DNA of 64,000 nucleotides from NCBI RefSeq assembly GCF_988243305.1, contig NZ_OZ547136.1; one strand, 5' to 3'. Shown piece by piece: positions 59,203 to 64,000 of this stretch (position 1 is its first letter; each line of letters starts with the position of its first letter). The notes under the pieces were generated by a model. It saw only the letters and a program-made list of their open reading frames with translations, ran no database searches and was not told where the DNA came from. The position numbers and the translations under genes were made by a program.

Positions 59203-59829
59203 ATGCTTTGGTCGTTTATCGCTGTCTGTCTTTCCGCATGGCTATCTGTGGATGCATCGTATCGTGGGCCAACCTGGCAACGCTGGGTGTTTAAACCGTT
59301 AACCCTTCTTCTCCTGCTGTTACTGGCCTGGCAAGCGCCGATGTTCGACGCCATTAGCTATCTGGTGCTGGCAGGGCTGTGCGCCTCACTGCTGGGCGAT
59401 GCGCTAACCCTGTTGCCACGTCAACGTCTGATGTACGCCATCGGCGCGTTTTTCCTCTCGCACCTGCTGTACACCATCTATTTCGCCAGTCAGATGACAC
59501 TCTCTTTCTTCTGGCCTCTGCCACTGGTGTTGCTGGTTCTGGGTGCGCTGTTACTGGCGATTATCTGGACGCGGCTAGAAGAGTATCGTTGGCCTATCTG
59601 CACGTTTATCGGCATGACGCTGGTGATGGTGTGGCTGGCAGGTGAACTGTGGTTCTTCCGTCCGACCGCTCCGGCGCTCTCTGCGTTTGTTGGCGCTTCA
59701 TTGCTGTTTATCAGTAACTTTGTCTGGCTGGGTAGCCACTATCGCCGCCGCTTCCGGGCAGATAACGCGATTGCTGCGGCCTGCTACTTTGCCGGTCATT
59801 TCCTCATCGTCCGCTCGCTGTATCTCTGA
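59203..59829 (+). CDS. yhhN: YhhN-family integral membrane protein
   Basis: 208-aa polytopic membrane ORF. Confidence 0.85.
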
Positions 59830-59835
59830 TAAAAC

Positions 59836-59867
59836 TTGACTCTGGAGTCGACTCCAGAGTGTATCCT
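59836..59867 (+). promoter_or_regulatory. zntA promoter with ZntR (MerR-type) operator
   Basis: -35 TTGACT and -10 TATCCT separated by a 20-bp spacer that contains the perfect 22-bp palindrome actctggagtcgactccagagt. Confidence 0.85.
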
Positions 59868-59902
59868 TCGGTTAATGAGAAAAAACTTAACCGGAGGATG
59901 CC

Positions 59903-62101
59903 ATGTCGACTCCTGACAATCACGGCAAGAAAGCCCCTCAATTTGCTGCGTTCAAACCGCTAACCAAGGTACAGAACGCCAACGACTGTTGCTGCGACGG
60001 CGCATGTTCCAGCACGCCAACGCTCTCTGAAAACGTCTCCGGCACCCGCTATAGCTGGAAAGTCAGCGGCATGGACTGCGCCGCCTGTGCGCGCAAGGTA
60101 GAAAATGCCGTGCGCCAGCTTGCAGGCGTGAATCAGGTGCAGGTACTGTTCGCCACCGAAAAACTGGTGGTTGATGCCGACAATGACATCCGTGCACAAG
60201 TTGAATCTGCGGTGCAAAAAGCGGGCTATTCCCTGCGCGATGAACAGTCCGCCGACGAACCGCAAGCATCACGCCTGAAAGAGAATTTGCCGCTGATTAC
60301 GCTAATCGTGTTGATGGCAATCAGTTGGGGGCTGGAACAGTTTAATCATCCGTTCGGGCAACTGGCGTTTATCGCGACCACGCTGGTTGGGCTGTACCCG
60401 ATTGCTCGTCAGGCATTACGGCTGATCAAATCCGGCAGCTACTTCGCTATTGAAACCTTAATGAGCGTAGCCGCTATTGGTGCACTGTTTATTGGCGCAA
60501 CGGCTGAAGCTGCGATGGTGTTGCTGCTGTTTTTGATTGGTGAACGACTGGAAGGCTGGGCCGCCAGCCGCGCGCGTCAGGGCGTTAGCGCGTTAATGGC
60601 GCTGAAACCAGAAACCGCCACGCGCCTGCGTAACGGTGAGCGTGAAGAGGTGGCGATTAACAGCCTGCGCCCTGGCGATGTGATTGAAGTCGCCGCAGGT
60701 GGACGTTTGCCTGCCGACGGTAAACTGCTCTCACCGTTTGCCAGTTTTGATGAAAGCGCCCTGACCGGCGAATCCATTCCTGTGGAGCGCGCGACGGGCG
60801 AAAAAGTTCCTGCAGGAGCCACCAGCGTAGACCGTCTGGTAACGCTGGAAGTGCTGTCAGAACCGGGTGCCAGCGCCATTGACCGGATTCTGAAACTGAT
60901 CGAAGAAGCCGAAGAGCGTCGCGCCCCCATTGAGCGGTTTATCGACCGTTTCAGCCGTATCTACACGCCCGCGATTATGGCCGTCGCCCTGCTGGTAACG
61001 CTGGTGCCGCCGCTGCTGTTTGCCGCCAGCTGGCAAGAGTGGATTTATAAAGGGCTGACGCTGCTGCTGATTGGTTGCCCGTGTGCGTTAGTTATCTCCA
61101 CGCCCGCGGCGATTACCTCCGGGCTGGCGGCAGCAGCGCGTCGTGGGGCGTTGATTAAAGGCGGTGCGGCGCTGGAACAACTAGGTCGTGTTACCCAGGT
61201 GGCGTTTGATAAAACCGGTACCCTGACCGTCGGTAAACCGCGCGTTACCGCGATTCATCCGGCAACGGGTATTAGTGAATCCGAACTGCTGACACTGGCG
61301 GCGGCGGTCGAGCAAGGCGCGACGCATCCACTGGCGCAAGCCATTGTGCGCGAAGCACAGGTTGCTGAACTCGCCATTCCCGCCGCCCAATCACAGCGGG
61401 CGCTGGTTGGGTCTGGCATTGAAGCGCAGGTTAACGGTGAGCGCGTGTTGATATGCGCTGCCGGAAAACATCCGGCTGTTGCATTTGCTGGTTTGATTAA
61501 TGAACTGGAAAGCGCCGGGCAAACGGTAGTGCTGGTAGTGCGTAACGATGACGTGCTTGGCGTAATTGCATTGCAGGATACCCTGCGCGCCGATGCTGCA
61601 ACTGCCATCAGTGAACTGAACGCGCTGGGCGTCAAAGGGGTGATCCTCACCGGCGATAATCCACGCGCAGCGGCGGCAATTGCCGGGGAGTTGGGGCTGG
61701 AGTTTAAAGCGGGCCTGTTGCCGGAAGATAAAGTCAAAGCGGTGACCGAGCTGAATCAACATGCGCCGCTGGCGATGGTCGGTGATGGTATTAACGACGC
61801 GCCAGCGATGAAAGCCGCCGCTATTGGGATTGCAATGGGCAGTGGCACAGACGTGGCCCTGGAAACCGCCGACGCAGCATTAACCCATAACCACCTGCGC
61901 GGCCTGGTGCAAATGATTGAACTGGCACGCGCCACTCACGCCAATATCCGCCAGAACATCACTATTGCGCTGGGGCTGAAAGGGATCTTCCTCGTCACCA
62001 CACTTTTAGGGATGACCGGACTGTGGCTGGCAGTGCTGGCAGATACCGGTGCGACGGTGCTGGTGACGGCGAATGCGTTAAGGCTGTTGCGCAGGAAATA
62101 A
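59903..62101 (+). CDS. zntA: Zn/Cd/Pb-translocating P1B-type ATPase ZntA
   Basis: 732-aa ORF with an N-terminal GMDCAAC metal-binding motif, CPC, DKTGT and GDGINDAP motifs. Confidence 0.95.
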   Translation: MSTPDNHGKKAPQFAAFKPLTKVQNANDCCCDGACSSTPTLSENVSGTRYSWKVSGMDCAACARKVENAVRQLAGVNQVQVLFATEKLVVDADNDIRAQVESAVQKAGYSLRDEQSADEPQASRLKENLPLITLIVLMAISWGLEQFNHPFGQLAFIATTLVGLYPIARQALRLIKSGSYFAIETLMSVAAIGALFIGATAEAAMVLLLFLIGERLEGWAASRARQGVSALMALKPETATRLRNGEREEVAINSLRPGDVIEVAAGGRLPADGKLLSPFASFDESALTGESIPVERATGEKVPAGATSVDRLVTLEVLSEPGASAIDRILKLIEEAEERRAPIERFIDRFSRIYTPAIMAVALLVTLVPPLLFAASWQEWIYKGLTLLLIGCPCALVISTPAAITSGLAAAARRGALIKGGAALEQLGRVTQVAFDKTGTLTVGKPRVTAIHPATGISESELLTLAAAVEQGATHPLAQAIVREAQVAELAIPAAQSQRALVGSGIEAQVNGERVLICAAGKHPAVAFAGLINELESAGQTVVLVVRNDDVLGVIALQDTLRADAATAISELNALGVKGVILTGDNPRAAAAIAGELGLEFKAGLLPEDKVKAVTELNQHAPLAMVGDGINDAPAMKAAAIGIAMGSGTDVALETADAALTHNHLRGLVQMIELARATHANIRQNITIALGLKGIFLVTTLLGMTGLWLAVLADTGATVLVTANALRLLRRK

Positions 62102-62104
62102 GGC

Positions 62105-62175
62105 AAACCGATCGCAACATTGAGCGCGATCGGTCCCCTCGCTCCTCTGGGGAGAGGGTTAGGGTGAGGGGAAAA
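62105..62175. repeat. G-rich palindromic intergenic repeat (second locus) plus hairpin after zntA
   Basis: Hairpin accgatcgc-aacattgag-cgcgatcggt followed by cccctcgctcctctggggagagggttagggtgagggg, sharing its core with the ugpA-ugpB repeat. Confidence 0.6.
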
Positions 62176-62202
62176 GGCGGCATCGAAGCCAATCAGCCCC
62201 CA

Positions 62203-62448
62203 TCAACCGCCTTTGCGAATCAAATAACGATAAGGCAGTCCATCCGTCTCTTTAGCAACCAGTTCGTGTTCCATAAAGGTACAAAACCCAGGAATATCGC
62301 GGGTAGTGGCCGGATCGTCGGCGATAATCAGCAACGTTTCGCCAGGCTGCATATTGCGCACGGTTTTGCGCACCATCATCACCGGTTCCGGGCAGCGCAG
62401 GCCAAGCGCGTCGAGTGTGTGGTCAGGGCTGGAAAAGAGATCGGTCAT
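62203..62448 (-). CDS. tusA: sulfur carrier protein TusA
   Basis: 81-aa ORF with the [11 protein letters not shown] active-site Cys motif. Confidence 0.9.
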
Positions 62449-62669
62449 TTTCTTCTCATCACTTAAAAAAACGGCGCTAGTTTACGCCCTGTGAGTCCGT
62501 AAGCAAACCAGGTTAACGATTGCGTGAAAATTAACCATTGCATTGTCAACGTAAAGCAGTATCATGCGGCGGCTCGAAAAAAGGGTAAGAACGTTATTTA
62601 ATCAAGGTAAAATAGCGTGTCGTACGTATTGGGTTCCCTCACCCCAATGGTTAATCAAAAAGGTACAAT

Positions 62670-63335
62670 ATGAACGTTTTCTCGCAAACTCAACGCTATA
62701 AGGCGTTGTTCTGGTTATCGTTATTTCATCTTCTGGTGATCACCTCCAGTAACTATCTGGTTCAGCTTCCGGTCTCCATTTTTGGTTTTCATACCACCTG
62801 GGGCGCGTTTAGCTTTCCGTTTATCTTTCTCGCTACTGACCTGACCGTGCGTATTTTTGGCGCACCGCTGGCCCGTCGTATCATCTTTGCGGTGATGATC
62901 CCGGCGTTGCTGATCTCCTACGTCATCTCGTCGCTGTTCTATATGGGCTCCTGGCAGGGATTCGGCGCACTCGCTCACTTCAACCTGTTTGTCGCCCGTA
63001 TCGCCACCGCCAGTTTCATGGCCTACGCGCTGGGCCAGATCCTCGACGTGCACGTTTTTAACCGCCTGCGTCAGAGTCGCCGCTGGTGGCTGGCACCAAC
63101 AGCTTCCACCCTGTTTGGGAACGTCAGCGACACGCTGGCCTTCTTCTTCATTGCCTTCTGGCGCAGCCCCGATGCCTTTATGGCTGAACACTGGATGGAA
63201 ATCGCGCTGGTCGATTACTGTTTCAAAGTGTTAATCAGTATCGTTTTCTTCCTGCCAATGTATGGCGTATTACTCAATATGCTGTTGAAAAGACTGGCAG
63301 ATAAATCTGAAATCAACGCTTTGCAGGCGAGTTAA
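62670..63335 (+). CDS. yhhQ: queuosine-precursor transporter YhhQ
   Basis: 221-aa polytopic membrane ORF. Confidence 0.85.
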   Translation: MNVFSQTQRYKALFWLSLFHLLVITSSNYLVQLPVSIFGFHTTWGAFSFPFIFLATDLTVRIFGAPLARRIIFAVMIPALLISYVISSLFYMGSWQGFGALAHFNLFVARIATASFMAYALGQILDVHVFNRLRQSRRWWLAPTASTLFGNVSDTLAFFFIAFWRSPDAFMAEHWMEIALVDYCFKVLISIVFFLPMYGVLLNMLLKRLADKSEINALQAS

Positions 63336-63407
63336 AGGTTCGTGATCAGAGTTGTGATAAGATGGATGAATGAGCCGTTATGGCCGTTTATCGAAAGGAA
63401 GAAGTCA

Positions 63408-63965
63408 ATGCGCAATCTGGTTAAATATGTCGGAATTGGCCTGCTGGTTATGGGGCTTGCGGCCTGTGATGATAAAGACACTAACGCTACGGCGCAGGGT
63501 TCGGTCGCGGAAAGTAACGCTACCGGGAATCCCGTCAACCTGCTTGATGGCAAGTTAAGTTTCTCGCTGCCAGCGGATATGACCGACCAGAGCGGTAAGC
63601 TGGGAACGCAGGCCAATAACATGCATGTCTGGTCCGACGCCACCGGGCAGAAAGCAGTCATCGTCATCATGGGCGATGACCCGAAAGAAGATCTGGCGGT
63701 GCTGGCGAAGCGTCTGGAAGATCAGCAACGTAGCCGCGATCCGCAGCTGCAAGTGGTAACCAATAAAGCCATTGAGCTGAAAGGTCACAAAATGCAGCAG
63801 TTAGACAGCATTATCTCCGCGAAAGGCCAGACGGCGTACTCTTCCGTTATTCTGGGTAACGTGGGTAATCAACTGCTGACCATGCAAATTACGCTGCCCG
63901 CTGACGATCAGCAAAAAGCGCAGACCACCGCAGAAAACATCATTAATACGCTGGTTATTCAGTAA
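63408..63965 (+). CDS. dcrB: periplasmic lipoprotein DcrB
   Basis: ORF 63342..63965; start trimmed to [22 protein letters not shown] (lipobox LAAC) giving 185 aa. Confidence 0.85.
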
Positions 63966-64000
63966 GTTTTAAGATGATGAGGCGGCCTCAGGGACGTGTT

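Noticed and set aside
62023-62466. 147-aa ORF antisense to tusA and overlapping the zntA 3' repeat
   Set aside because: Covers the palindromic repeat and the opposite strand of tusA; an artefact.
62449-62669. Possible riboswitch upstream of the queuosine-precursor transporter yhhQ
   Set aside because: I could not identify any preQ1-riboswitch-like conserved motif by eye; it would need a covariance-model scan.

Overview
This window reads as an Escherichia coli chromosomal segment running rtcB-rtcR-glpRGED / glgPACXB-asd-yhgN-gntUKR-yhhWX-ryhB-yhhY-yhhZ-yrhAB-ggt-yhhA-ugpQCEAB-livFGMHK-panM-livJ-rpoH-ftsXEY-rsmD-yhhLMN-zntA-tusA-yhhQ-dcrB. All calls rest on reading the six-frame translations and the DNA by eye against remembered protein and motif sequences; no database search was run. 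Backbone genes appear intact at their expected lengths. Four regions stand out as accessory relative to my recollection of K-12: (1) a ~10.5 kb chaperone-usher fimbrial operon between glpD and glgP whose usher is split by an IS10 copy that itself carries a nested IS629; (2) the Hcp-fused nuclease toxin locus yhhZ-yrhA with degenerate fragments downstream; (3) a GNAT-toxin / RHH-antitoxin pair between panM and livJ; (4) an unplaced 248-aa membrane protein ORF between ugpB and livF. Regulatory elements readable directly include the rtcBA sigma-54 promoter, a GlpR operator, RyhB sRNA with its Fur box, an rpoH sigma-E promoter and the ZntR-type zntA promoter. No CRISPR array, rRNA or tRNA was seen. 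I cannot show that anything here is truly undescribed; the ugpB-livF ORF is the least explained element. Hand-derived coordinates may be off by a base or two.
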